Assembly: GCA_046596195.1 (NCBI GenBank)
Contig: JBKJNA010000161.1
Location: 11,311-75,310, forward strand
Direction: 5' to 3'
Length of the DNA: 64,000 nucleotides
Source: Acidimicrobiales bacterium
Lineage (GTDB): Bacteria; Actinomycetota; Acidimicrobiia; Acidimicrobiales; GCA-2861595
Of this stretch, positions 20,790 through 31,989 are shown piece after piece. Position numbers and translations under genes: made by a program. The notes beneath the pieces are model-generated. The model saw only the letters and a program-made list of their open reading frames with translations, was not told the origin of the DNA and made no database searches. Position 1 is the stretch's first letter; every line of letters begins with the position of its first letter.

Positions 20790-21134
20790 CTACTGGCCGA
20801 GCAGCCCGGCCGCTCCTCCGAGGTCGATGCCGCCGAGCGCCGACCGGGTGAGGTCCTGGGCGCGGGTGAGGGCGTCGTTGGTGGCGGCCAGCACGAGATC
20901 CTCGAGCAGGGTGAGGTCGTCGAGGTCGACGGCGCTCGGGTCGATGGACACCGACTCGATGGCAAGCGAGCCGTTGGCCCGCACCTTCACGGCGCCACCG
21001 CCGGCTTGGCCCTCCACCACCTGCTGGGCGGCTGCCTCCTGCGCCTCCTGGAGCTGTGCCTGCATGGCCTGGGCCTGCTCCAGCAGGGCGCCGAGGTCGA
21101 ACTCGGGACCCGCCGACCCTTCGGGCTCGCTCAC
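20790..21134 (-). CDS. ybaB: YbaB/EbfC family nucleoid-associated protein
   Basis: 114-aa ORF with ..LLEQAQAMQAQLQEAQEAAAQQVVEGQAGGGAVKV..NG......SIDP..., located between dnaX and recR as is typical. Confidence 0.93.
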   Translation of the reverse strand: MSEPEGSAGPEFDLGALLEQAQAMQAQLQEAQEAAAQQVVEGQAGGGAVKVRANGSLAIESVSIDPSAVDLDDLTLLEDLVLAATNDALTRAQDLTRSALGGIDLGGAAGLLGQ

Positions 21135-21153
21135 TGCCGGCCTGCCTGCGAAC

Positions 21154-23238
21154 TCACGTCGTGACCTCCTCGGCTCCCGGGAACGCCCGTCTCACGCGTT
21201 CCTCGGGCGAGGTTACCGCCGGGGGCGGCTCATCGGACGACCTCTGATCCCGGAAGTCCCGGAGATCGGCGAGGTCGGAGGAGTCGTCGGGCGGCCCCCC
21301 GCCGCCGCCCTTCGGCGCGGCCGGGGAGGAGGGAGACGCGTCGGGCGGTTCCATCACCAGCCGCAACGGGACCGGGACCCCGAAGTGGGCGGCCAGTGCC
21401 GCCTCCACCTCGGGGCGGACCTCCTCGCAGCGGCTCAGGTAGTGGCTGTTCGGCAGTGCGAACACGGCGGCGCCCGCCTCCACCGCACGGAAGCGGCCGG
21501 CGCCGAAGCGGGCTTTTGCCCTGCCGCTCAGCGCGGTGAGCAGGGAGTCGCCCCACGCCTTGGTGAGAGCGTCGCGCGTGGGTAGGGCGCTCGTGGGTGC
21601 GGCGCCCGGCGGGCCGGAGCCGGGCGGGGGCGGGGGCGGGGGAGAAGGCGACGGCGGCGGATGCGGGGTTGGCGAGGCGGGCCCGCCGTCGGCAGGCGGC
21701 GGATGCGGGGTTGGCGAGGCGGGCCAGTCGCCGGCAGGCGGCGCGGCGGCCTGCCCGGTGCCAGCGGGAGGTGGCGGCACCGGCGCACGGCGCCCCGGGA
21801 GGGGTGGGGCGGCGGGTCGGGGGGGCGGCGGCGGCGGCGAGGCCGCCCGGCCGGGCGGCCCACCGGCGCCCCGTGCCACGGGCGCAAGGCGCGGCGGCGG
21901 CCCAGGCTGGTTCCCGGCCTCGGCGCCCGGTCCGGCCGGGAACGGGTCGCCCCGATCGACGGGTGGCCCGGCCGGGAACGGCTCGTCGCTGCGGCTGGGC
22001 GCTCGAGGGGGAGGCGCCGGGGGCGGTGGGGGAGGCGGGGGAGGTTGCGGTGCCTGCCGCTCGCCTCCCGGCGGGCGGACAACGTCCCGATCACCCCCTT
22101 GCGAGGGCGGGACGACCGACGCCGCCCGCTCGAGGCGCTCGAGGCGCTCGAGGCGTTCGACGATGGCGGCGGGCGAGGTGTCGACGTCGGGCCGGGCCAG
22201 GCGCACCAGGGCCGCCTCTAAAACGATGCGCGGGTCGAGGGCGTCGCGCATGTCGATCTGCGCATGCCCCAGCGTCTCGATTCCTCGCACCATGGCGGCG
22301 GGACCCAACCGGTGGGCCTGCTCCGCCAGCCGGTCGCGCACCTCGTCGGGCACTGCCACCAGGCTGGGGGCCTGGGTCAGGAGGAAGGCGTTGCGCAGGT
22401 GGTCGACGAGGTCGGCAGCCAGGCGGCGGGGGTCGCGGCCGGCGCCGCAGGCCATCGCCACGGCGACGAGGGCCCGCCCGGCGTCGCGCTCGCACAGCGC
22501 CTCCACCGCATCGTCGGTCACGGGCGCCTCGTCGTCCACCTCGCCGGCCGCCGCCACCTGGTCGAGCACCGACAGGGCATCGCGGGCGGAGCCCTTCCCC
22601 CGCCGCACCACCAGGTCGATGGCCTCGGGCGCCACTCCCAGGCCGGCCGCCTCGTTCACGTCGGCCAGCAGCCCGGAGAGGACGTCGCCGGTGAGCAGGC
22701 GGAACTCGAAGTGCTGGGTGCGGCTCCTGATGGTGGGCAGCACCTTCTGGGGGTCGGTGGTGGCCAGCACGAAGATCACGTGGTTGGGCGGCTCCTCCAG
22801 CGTCTTCAGGAGAGCGTTGGACGCCGCCGTGGACAGCATGTGGACCTCGTCGACGATGTAGACCTTGTGGCGCCCGGGAGTGCCGAGGGCGGCCCGCGAC
22901 ACCAGGTCGCGCATGGCGTCGACCCCGTTGTTGGACGCCGCGTCGAGTTCGTGGACGTCGAGCGACGTGCCCCGCTCCACCGCCCGGCAGGAGGCGCACA
23001 CGCCGCACGGCTCGCCGTCGTGGCCGGCATCACAGTTGAGGGCCTTGGCGAGGATGCGGGCGGTGGACGTCTTGCCCGTGCCCCGGGGGCCACTGAACAG
23101 GTAGGCGTGGCCCACCCGGTCGTCCCGCACGGCGTTGGACAGCGCAAGCACGATGTGGTCCTGACCCCGGACGTCGGCGAAGCGCTGGGGCCGGAACCGG
23201 CGGTACAAGGACCGGAAGGTCACCTCGTCGTCGGCCAC
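21154..23238 (-). CDS. dnaX: DNA polymerase III subunits gamma/tau
   Basis: 694-aa ORF: ..YRRFRPQRFADVRGQDH..., Walker A GPRGTGKTS, zinc module CGVCASC, DEVHMLS, then a long Pro-rich linker and a C-terminal domain. Confidence 0.95.
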   Translation of the reverse strand: MADDEVTFRSLYRRFRPQRFADVRGQDHIVLALSNAVRDDRVGHAYLFSGPRGTGKTSTARILAKALNCDAGHDGEPCGVCASCRAVERGTSLDVHELDAASNNGVDAMRDLVSRAALGTPGRHKVYIVDEVHMLSTAASNALLKTLEEPPNHVIFVLATTDPQKVLPTIRSRTQHFEFRLLTGDVLSGLLADVNEAAGLGVAPEAIDLVVRRGKGSARDALSVLDQVAAAGEVDDEAPVTDDAVEALCERDAGRALVAVAMACGAGRDPRRLAADLVDHLRNAFLLTQAPSLVAVPDEVRDRLAEQAHRLGPAAMVRGIETLGHAQIDMRDALDPRIVLEAALVRLARPDVDTSPAAIVERLERLERLERAASVVPPSQGGDRDVVRPPGGERQAPQPPPPPPPPPAPPPRAPSRSDEPFPAGPPVDRGDPFPAGPGAEAGNQPGPPPRLAPVARGAGGPPGRAASPPPPPPRPAAPPLPGRRAPVPPPPAGTGQAAAPPAGDWPASPTPHPPPADGGPASPTPHPPPSPSPPPPPPPGSGPPGAAPTSALPTRDALTKAWGDSLLTALSGRAKARFGAGRFRAVEAGAAVFALPNSHYLSRCEEVRPEVEAALAAHFGVPVPLRLVMEPPDASPSSPAAPKGGGGGPPDDSSDLADLRDFRDQRSSDEPPPAVTSPEERVRRAFPGAEEVTT

Positions 23239-23280
23239 GGGAGCACACTATCGAGGGGCAGTGACACGGTCCCGCGCTGC

Positions 23281-23418
23281 GGGCTCGTCACTCGGTGCGG
23301 CGGTCAGGCGGTCTGCGGCACACAGCACCTTCCGCTGAGAGCTGCTGCCTTCCGGCCCTGACTCGGTTCACGGGGCGCCGTTGCGCAGGACCCGACCGCC
23401 GCACGGAGCGACGAGCCC
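23281..23418 (-). ncRNA. ffs: signal recognition particle RNA (small/4.5S type)
   Basis: The minus strand carries GUCAGGGCCGGAAGGCAGCAGC, the conserved SRP domain IV motif. The ends GGGCUCGUCGCUCCGUGCGGCGGUC and GACCGCCGCACCGAGUGACGAGCCC pair into one long hairpin. It lies directly upstream of dnaX, as in many bacteria. End positions are approximate. Confidence 0.8.
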
Positions 23419-23448
23419 AAGAGGCGCAGGATAGCCTGCCCGGTCCCT

Positions 23449-23536
23449 GGAGGGATGCGAGAGCGGCCGAATCGGCACGCTTGGAAAGCGTGTGTGGTGC
23501 AAGCCACCGTGGGTTCGAATCCCACTCCCTCCGCCA
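23449..23536 (+). tRNA. tRNA-Ser (anticodon GGA)
   Basis: Cloverleaf folded by hand: acceptor GGAGGGA/TCCCTCC, anticodon stem CACGC/GCGTG with loop TTGGAAA, long variable arm GTGGTGCAAGCCACC, T-arm GTGGG-TTCGAAT-CCCAC, and an encoded CCA. Confidence 0.93.
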
Positions 23537-23551
23537 GATCTGCCTTCCAGG

Positions 23552-24130
23552 TCACCGCCGGCGGGTGAGCAGCGGCGCCGGGCTGACAGCGGCCGACAGG
23601 CGGCGGCGCGCCGTGCAGGCGTCGCGGAGGCCGGCGGTCACCAGGTCGGCCGCCTCCCAGGCGGTGGTCGCCTCCTCCGGTGACGCGCCCGACGAGTTGA
23701 ACCGGGAGACGTTGGCCAGGGCGGCCAGCGCCTCCAGGGGCGGCACCACGGCGCCGTCGACCACGGCGCCGGCCACCCGCACCACGTCGGTCGTGCTCAT
23801 GGACCGTTCGGGCCGCACGCCGTGCTCGGCCAGGCGGTCGAGCGCCTCGTGCCATGCGCCCTGCACCCGTGCCGACGGCTCGGTTGCCTGCCGGCGCCGC
23901 CGCCGGCGGGAGCGCTTGGCTGCCAGCACGATTCCCAGGGACAGCCCCAGCGCCACGACGAAGCCGATGATCAGGCCGGCCACCCACAACCACGGACTCG
24001 ACCCGTCGTCGTCCCCCGCGGCCGAGGCGTCGGCGTTCCGCTCAGCGTCCGACGGGGCCACCGGATCGTCGGGTGCCTGGTCGATGGCCGACGCCAGCGG
24101 GTCTACCGGCGCGGCCACCGTGGTGGGCAC
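23552..24130 (-). CDS. DUF4129-like membrane protein (last gene of the MoxR/DUF58/transglutaminase module)
   Basis: 192-aa ORF (GTG 24130). Acidic N-terminus, TM helix (WLWVAGLIIGFVVALGLSLGIVLAA), an RRRRRR stretch, then ..AWHEALDRLAEHGVRPERSMSTTDV...LANVSRFNSSGASPEEA.., which fits my recollection of DUF4129. Confidence 0.6.
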   Translation of the reverse strand: MPTTVAAPVDPLASAIDQAPDDPVAPSDAERNADASAAGDDDGSSPWLWVAGLIIGFVVALGLSLGIVLAAKRSRRRRRRQATEPSARVQGAWHEALDRLAEHGVRPERSMSTTDVVRVAGAVVDGAVVPPLEALAALANVSRFNSSGASPEEATTAWEAADLVTAGLRDACTARRRLSAAVSPAPLLTRRR

Positions 24131-25869
24131 GGTCGGTGTGTCAGCGGGGTCGGGGGCGGGCGCGGTGGTGGGGTGGTCGACGATGGATCACCGCTCCCCA
24201 GGCCGCCGGCGGGCATCGGGTCGAAACGCACCCACCCGAGGTCCTGGAACCGCACTTCGGCCCAGGCGTGGGCGTCGCCGGTGCGCACGTGGGACACGCC
24301 CGACCCGTCCGGCGGGGGAAGGCGGAACCCCGTCACCACCCGGGTGTCGTACCCGACCGCCCGGGCCAGCACGGCGACGGCGCTGGCGTACTGCTCGGCC
24401 GTGCCCCGGCGGAACTCGAACAGGTCCTTCAAGGCGAAGTAGCCGCTCCCGCTCGGGGGTTCGTCGCCGGACACGGCCTCGAAGCCGGCCTCCTGGAAGT
24501 GCCGGACGAGGGCGGCCGGCTTGCCGAAGGCGGACCCGGCCCCGCCCGTGAGCTCGACCGCCCTGTCCCGCACGTCGACGGGCGGGTTGGGCAGGGGGGA
24601 GCCGGTGCGGGACTGGGTGGCGCCCCGCAGGTCGGCGGCGGTGAAGCTCGGGGCGCGTGACGTCACCTCGTAATGCACGCCCCGGGCGCCCTTGCCAGGA
24701 GCCACGAGCACGCCGGTCGCCGGGTCGACGCCGAGCCCGGCCACGGACACGCGCACCGGCCGGTCGGGCGCCGGGAGGAAGAAGCCGTCGAGGTCGCCCA
24801 CCCGGATGTCGACCGTCACCTCGTCGCCACCTGGCGGCCCGTCGGTCGCCGCCGGCAGGGTGGTGCTGGCCCGGGTGTAGGTGCCGGCCGACGTCCACGT
24901 GGTCCCGTCGAAGTCGTCGAGGACGGCCAGGCGCAGGAGCAGCCCGGCCGTGCCGCCCCGGACCTGGGCGACCTCCCGGTCGGGCGATGCCACCATGGCG
25001 GCGAAACCGGCCAGCGGGTTGGCGGCGTCTTCGAGGAGGACCGGGTCGTCCCGGTACCGGCGCACGTCGAACCGATCGCCCCCGTCCACCCCCGGTGGAC
25101 GGGGCCCGACGACGGCGGCGGCCAATGCCACGACCACCACCACGCCGGCGCCGGCGAGGAGCCGCCCGGGCGCCGCCAGGCGGCGGTCGGGGTGGTCACC
25201 GGGTCGGAGCGGGGCGGGCGGCGGTTCCGGGGCGTGGCCACCGCCGTCGCCGGCAGAACCAGCGGCCTGGGAGCGGGTGAGCTGCGACGCCCGGGTGGCG
25301 GCGAGGACGGCCGCCCCTGCACCGATCAGGGCCACCAGACCGCGGGGGAGGGCCGGCCCCGGCGCGCCGACAGCGAGGGCGGCGAGCAGGCACACCACCG
25401 GCGGGACGATCGGGAGCAGGGGTCGTCCCGACGACGCCACCAACTCGGCCGACACGGCCGCCGCCGCCCACGTGGACGCGACTGCGAGGACGACCAGCGG
25501 ATCGCCGGCAGCGACGGGGAGGGCGATGGTGAGGATGTCGGCCCAGCCGCCGGACAGGGCGCCGAGGGCGGCGCCCAGCCCGCCGGCCACCGCAGCCAGT
25601 GCGGCGAGCAGCAGGCCGGCACTGGTCAGCGCCCGCAAAGGCGACGGCAGGCGGCGGGCGGTGAAAGCAACCAGCGCGCAGGGCAGGATCGCCGCCACCA
25701 CCACCGCAGGCACGAAGCGGGTGCCGCGGAACGTCGAGGACCAGGCGAGGCCGGTGGCGGCGGCGAGGGCGCCGGCGGCGGCGAGCGACGGAAGCAGGCC
25801 GAGGTCAGCGCCGTCGGCCCGCCGGCCCCGGCGCCTCCCGGCGACGGCGGGAACGCTGATGGGTCTCAC
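24103..25869 (-). CDS. transglutaminase-like polytopic membrane protein (TgpA-like) with the catalytic Cys replaced by Ala
   Basis: GTG 25869 overlaps the DUF58 stop (GTGA). Multiple N-terminal TM helices. Core region ..FEFRRGTAEQYASAVAVLARAVGYDTRVVTGF...DAHAWAEVRFQDLGWVRFDP. The usual G-x-C-E-x-F reads G-T-A-E-Q-Y. Confidence 0.8.
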   Translation of the reverse strand: MRPISVPAVAGRRRGRRADGADLGLLPSLAAAGALAAATGLAWSSTFRGTRFVPAVVVAAILPCALVAFTARRLPSPLRALTSAGLLLAALAAVAGGLGAALGALSGGWADILTIALPVAAGDPLVVLAVASTWAAAAVSAELVASSGRPLLPIVPPVVCLLAALAVGAPGPALPRGLVALIGAGAAVLAATRASQLTRSQAAGSAGDGGGHAPEPPPAPLRPGDHPDRRLAAPGRLLAGAGVVVVVALAAAVVGPRPPGVDGGDRFDVRRYRDDPVLLEDAANPLAGFAAMVASPDREVAQVRGGTAGLLLRLAVLDDFDGTTWTSAGTYTRASTTLPAATDGPPGGDEVTVDIRVGDLDGFFLPAPDRPVRVSVAGLGVDPATGVLVAPGKGARGVHYEVTSRAPSFTAADLRGATQSRTGSPLPNPPVDVRDRAVELTGGAGSAFGKPAALVRHFQEAGFEAVSGDEPPSGSGYFALKDLFEFRRGTAEQYASAVAVLARAVGYDTRVVTGFRLPPPDGSGVSHVRTGDAHAWAEVRFQDLGWVRFDPMPAGGLGSGDPSSTTPPPRPPPTPLTHRPCPPRWPRR

Positions 25870-27026
25870 CACCGCCCCACCACTACCGACGCCCACGAGG
25901 CGGCGAAGGAGGCGGACGTGGGGGCGTCGACCACGACCAGGCCCCGCCGGCGTGACACCCGTGCGGTCAGCTCCTCGGCCACCCGCACCACCACCACCGG
26001 GTTGAACCGCCGCCGCAACCCGCCGAGGCGGGGGAGGTCTGCGCTGTCGAGGCGACCGGTGATGGCCACCAGGGCGCCCCCGGCCGGCGCCCTGCGCAGG
26101 TCGAGGAACAGGTCGTCGGGCCGGCCGGGCGGCCCCGTGCCCACCGCCGCCAACCGGTCCAGCAGCGACAGGGCGCCGGTCTCCTCGGGCGGCCGTTCGC
26201 CCCCGCCGGTGATCCGCAGCGCCACCGGGTAGCCGCCGTGCTCGCTGCAGCGCACGATCGACGCGGCGACCTCCACCGCCGCTTCGAAGGCCTCGGGCGT
26301 CCACAAGGTCGGCCGGGTGTCGAGGGCCACCGTGGCGCGGGGCAGGCTGGTGTCGACCTGCTCGCGCACCATCAACGTGCCGGTGCGGGCGGTGGACGCC
26401 CAGTGCACCTGGCGCAGGTCGTCGCCCGGCTCGTACTCCCGTAGCGACGAGAAGGTGATCGTGCCCCGCGGGGCCGACTCCGACAGCTGGCCCTCGAAGT
26501 CGGCCACCACGCCGGCCGGGAGCGGTGACAGCGGATGGGTGCGGGGGTGGACCCACAGCACGTCGGCACCGCCCGCCGGCTGCGCCCACCGCAGGAGGGC
26601 GAGGGGGTCGGTGCGCACGGTGGTGACGGGCCCGATGGCGAGCCTGCCCCGCGCCCCGGTGGCGAGGGCGTGGTGGGCCCGCCGCAGCTCGCCCGGTCCC
26701 ATCGACGGGGCGGCCACGGTGACCGGCCTGCCACCCACCCGGTCGGTCACCAGCAGCGCCGGGGTCGAGCGCCGGCCCACGTTCTCCACCGTGAGGATGG
26801 CCACCGCCGGCTCGCCTGCCGTGAGGCGGGGCGGCACCAGCTGACGGGTTACGGCCACCCGGGGGCGCCCGGCCACGAAGGCGAGGGCCACCAGCGGGGC
26901 GGCCGCGCAGGCCACCCCGAGCTGCACCAGTTCGGGCCAGTCGAGCACCGCGCCGGTGGCGACGAGCACCACGGCCGCGGCGACGGCGGTGGCGCCCTGA
27001 CCGGTGAGGGCGTAGCCGCGCTTCAC
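25866..27026 (-). CDS. DUF58 domain protein
   Basis: 386-aa ORF with two N-terminal TM helices and the DUF58 signature ..FSSLREYEPGDDLRQVHWASTARTGTLMVRE.., located downstream of a MoxR ATPase. Confidence 0.88.
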   Translation of the reverse strand: MKRGYALTGQGATAVAAAVVLVATGAVLDWPELVQLGVACAAAPLVALAFVAGRPRVAVTRQLVPPRLTAGEPAVAILTVENVGRRSTPALLVTDRVGGRPVTVAAPSMGPGELRRAHHALATGARGRLAIGPVTTVRTDPLALLRWAQPAGGADVLWVHPRTHPLSPLPAGVVADFEGQLSESAPRGTITFSSLREYEPGDDLRQVHWASTARTGTLMVREQVDTSLPRATVALDTRPTLWTPEAFEAAVEVAASIVRCSEHGGYPVALRITGGGERPPEETGALSLLDRLAAVGTGPPGRPDDLFLDLRRAPAGGALVAITGRLDSADLPRLGGLRRRFNPVVVVRVAEELTARVSRRRGLVVVDAPTSASFAASWASVVVGRW

Positions 27027-27105
27027 CGGCGCGCCGCCGGCGGGCTGGTCAGCGAATCGGTTCCGCCCGGGTGCCGACCGGCTGACCAGTGTGGGCGTGG
27101 GCCGG

Positions 27106-28095
27106 TCACGGCTGGGGGACGGGGACCGAGGCGACGACGCCGGCGAGCAGGTCGGCGCCGGTGCGCCCGGCCAGCTCGGCCTCGGGCGTGAGCACCATGC
27201 GGTGGCAGAAGACGGGGGCGGCCAGCGCCTTCACGTCCTCGGGCGTGACGAAGTTGCGCCCTTCGCCGGTGGCCCACGCCTGCGACGCCCGCAGGAGGGC
27301 GAGGCTGCCGCGAGGGCTGACCCCGAGGCGCAGCTCGGGAAGGGTGCGGGTGGAGGCGGCCAGGTTGATGATGTACCGCCGCACCTCCGGGGCCGCCCAC
27401 GCCCGTCCCGCCACCTCGATCATGGCGCCGACCTCAGGGGGGCTCGTAACGGCGCCCACGGTGCGGGCCCCGCCCGCCGCCGACCGGCTCTCCAGGATCT
27501 CCGCCTCCGCCACCGCGTCGGGGTAGCCGACGGCCGTGCGCACGAGGAAGCGGTCGAGCTGGGCCTCGGGGAGGCGGTAGGTGCCGTCCAGGTCGATGGG
27601 ATTCTGGGTGGCGATGACGACGAAGGGGCGGGGGACCGGGTGGGCCACCGAGTCCACCGTCACCTGCTGCTCCTCCATCACCTCGAGCAGGGCTGACTGG
27701 GTCTTGGGCGAGGCCCGGTTGATCTCGTCGCCCACTACCACGTTGGCGAACACCGCGCCCTTGCGGAACTCGAACGTGCTGCGGTGCTGGTCCCACACCT
27801 GCACGCCTGTGAGGTCCGACGGGAGGAGGTCGGGCGTGAACTGGATCCGGTGCCACGAGGCGTCGATCGACGCGGCCAGCGCCTTGGCGATCGAGGTCTT
27901 GCCCACACCGGGGACGTCCTCGATCAGGAGGTGCCCCTCCGAGTACAGGCACGTGAGGGCCAGGCGGAGCACGTCGCGCTTGCCCCGGATGACCCGCTCG
28001 AGGTTGGCCAGAAGGCGCTGGTGACGCTCGGCGAACCACAGGGCCTGGTCCGGCGTGGCGCCGCCGGCGGAGGCATTGGTCCTGGTGCTCGTCAT
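27106..28095 (-). CDS. MoxR family AAA+ ATPase
   Basis: 329-aa ORF: ..HLLIEDVPGVGKTSIAKALA...FTPDLLPSDLTG...VFANVVVGDEINRASPKTQSALLEVMEE.., canonical MoxR motifs. Confidence 0.93.
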   Translation of the reverse strand: MTSTRTNASAGGATPDQALWFAERHQRLLANLERVIRGKRDVLRLALTCLYSEGHLLIEDVPGVGKTSIAKALAASIDASWHRIQFTPDLLPSDLTGVQVWDQHRSTFEFRKGAVFANVVVGDEINRASPKTQSALLEVMEEQQVTVDSVAHPVPRPFVVIATQNPIDLDGTYRLPEAQLDRFLVRTAVGYPDAVAEAEILESRSAAGGARTVGAVTSPPEVGAMIEVAGRAWAAPEVRRYIINLAASTRTLPELRLGVSPRGSLALLRASQAWATGEGRNFVTPEDVKALAAPVFCHRMVLTPEAELAGRTGADLLAGVVASVPVPQP

Positions 28096-28140
28096 GGTGC
28101 TCCTCAGGGTTCGTCGGTGGAACGGAGGGTGCGGCCCGCG

Positions 28141-30621
<2,481 letters not shown>

Positions 30622-30814
30622 CACCCTCGCCGTCCGTGGGGTCCGGAGCCTCCCAAGCTGCCCTCCGTGCTTCGAGCTGCGCTCGGACCGGCGGAAAGCC
30701 GGCGAAGCCACAGTCTCGCATGATTGGAAGGGCTCGTTTCTGCGCCCGGCCCGGAGGCGGGCCCGCCGCTGAGCGGCGATCCCGCCCGCCCGGGCTGCGG
30801 GCGCCGTCGCCATC

Positions 30815-31078
30815 TCAGGCGCCGGCGGCCTCGAGCGCCTGCTGGCGGTTGCCCACCTCGCCGGCGGCGTCGACCAGAGCGGCCGAGAGGCTGCGCAGCG
30901 AGGGCTCGTACTCGGTCTCCCAGGAGGTGCGGAACCGCTCGGCCGCCCCGCCCTTCCAGTACACCGTGTCGAGGTCTGACCGCAGCGACGCCAGCAGGTC
31001 GTCGACGGCCTGGGCCTGACGCTCGAAGTTGTTCTTGAGGCGGGTCATCTCGTCGAGTGCGCCACCGATCACAGCCAT
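30815..31078 (-). CDS. WXG100 family type VII secretion substrate-like protein
   Basis: 87-aa ORF, helical-hairpin sized, with a central W-K-G motif (..DTVYWKGGAAERF..). Strong Shine-Dalgarno GGAGAAGGAGAA upstream. Confidence 0.82.
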   Translation of the reverse strand: MAVIGGALDEMTRLKNNFERQAQAVDDLLASLRSDLDTVYWKGGAAERFRTSWETEYEPSLRSLSAALVDAAGEVGNRQQALEAAGA

Positions 31079-31192
31079 GTTGGTTCTCCTTCTCCGAGGA
31101 GCGGCCGTGCGCCGGCTCCTGAGAGGAGAACGTACGGACCGGGCCGCCGGAAGGGAACGGGAAGGCCTCCCCAGCGGGTGGCCCGGGGTTGT

Positions 31193-31876
31193 CTAGAGCA
31201 GCAGGCTGAGATCGTGGCGCGTGACGACGCCGGTGGTGAGCACGTGCACGGCGAGCGACTCGAGCGCCGTCTCGCCCACCAGGCCCGGCACACCCGAGCG
31301 GGTGAGGCGCTCGCGGAGGTGCTCGATGCGCTTTACCAGGGTCGTGCGGGGCCAGCCGAGGGTGGCGGCCGCGTCGGCGTAGCTGCGGGGGTGGGGGTCG
31401 TGGCGGGGGAATGGGTGGAGGTAGCCGCTGAACAAGGCGACGAGGGCCAGGCGGTCGTCGGCCGTGTAGGCGACCTCGACGCCGAAGCTGGTGGCCGTCC
31501 CGTCCGGCTCCGCAGATGCAGCAGCCGGCCCCGCCGGCGCGCCTGCGTCGGGGAGGTCGACAGTGAGCGCGTGGCGGCGCACCTGACCCTCCACCACCAC
31601 TGATGTGGTGACGTCCACCGCCACCCGCCGGCCGGGAGCCAGCACGCTGCGCATGCCGAGGTGGTCCACCACGTAGATGGGCCGCACGGCCGACCGGTTG
31701 GCCAGCCACACCACGCCGCCGTCCAGCTCCACGGAGCCGGCCAGGCGGGAGATCCCCACGTCATCGTGGGCCAGAACGAGCGTGCACGACGCCCCCCGGC
31801 CGAAGGTGATGGGCACGCCTTCCACGAGGGGCACGCGGTCGTCCCCCATCACCACGACCGCCTCGCCCACGGCCAC
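31193..31876 (-). CDS. FHA domain protein with a C-terminal helix-turn-helix-like domain
   Basis: 227-aa ORF. The N-terminus ..ITFGRGASCTLVLAHDDVGISRLAGSVELDGGVVWLANRS.. is FHA-like. The C-terminus ..SYADAAATLGWPRTTLVKRIEHLRERL.. is HTH-like. Confidence 0.65.
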   Translation of the reverse strand: MAVGEAVVVMGDDRVPLVEGVPITFGRGASCTLVLAHDDVGISRLAGSVELDGGVVWLANRSAVRPIYVVDHLGMRSVLAPGRRVAVDVTTSVVVEGQVRRHALTVDLPDAGAPAGPAAASAEPDGTATSFGVEVAYTADDRLALVALFSGYLHPFPRHDPHPRSYADAAATLGWPRTTLVKRIEHLRERLTRSGVPGLVGETALESLAVHVLTTGVVTRHDLSLLL

Positions 31877-31989
31877 ACGCTACGTGGATGGGGAGCCCTT
31901 CCCGTTTCCGGCGGAGAGGACCGTAGGTACGATGCGGCGGGGAACGGGACGTTTGTCCCGGCCTCGGGACGCCACAGGAGGCCGCCACG

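Noticed and set aside
21154-23238. Programmed -1 ribosomal frameshift site in dnaX (gamma/tau).
   Set aside because: No A AAA AAG-type slippery heptamer or comparable A/T run could be found in the gene by eye.
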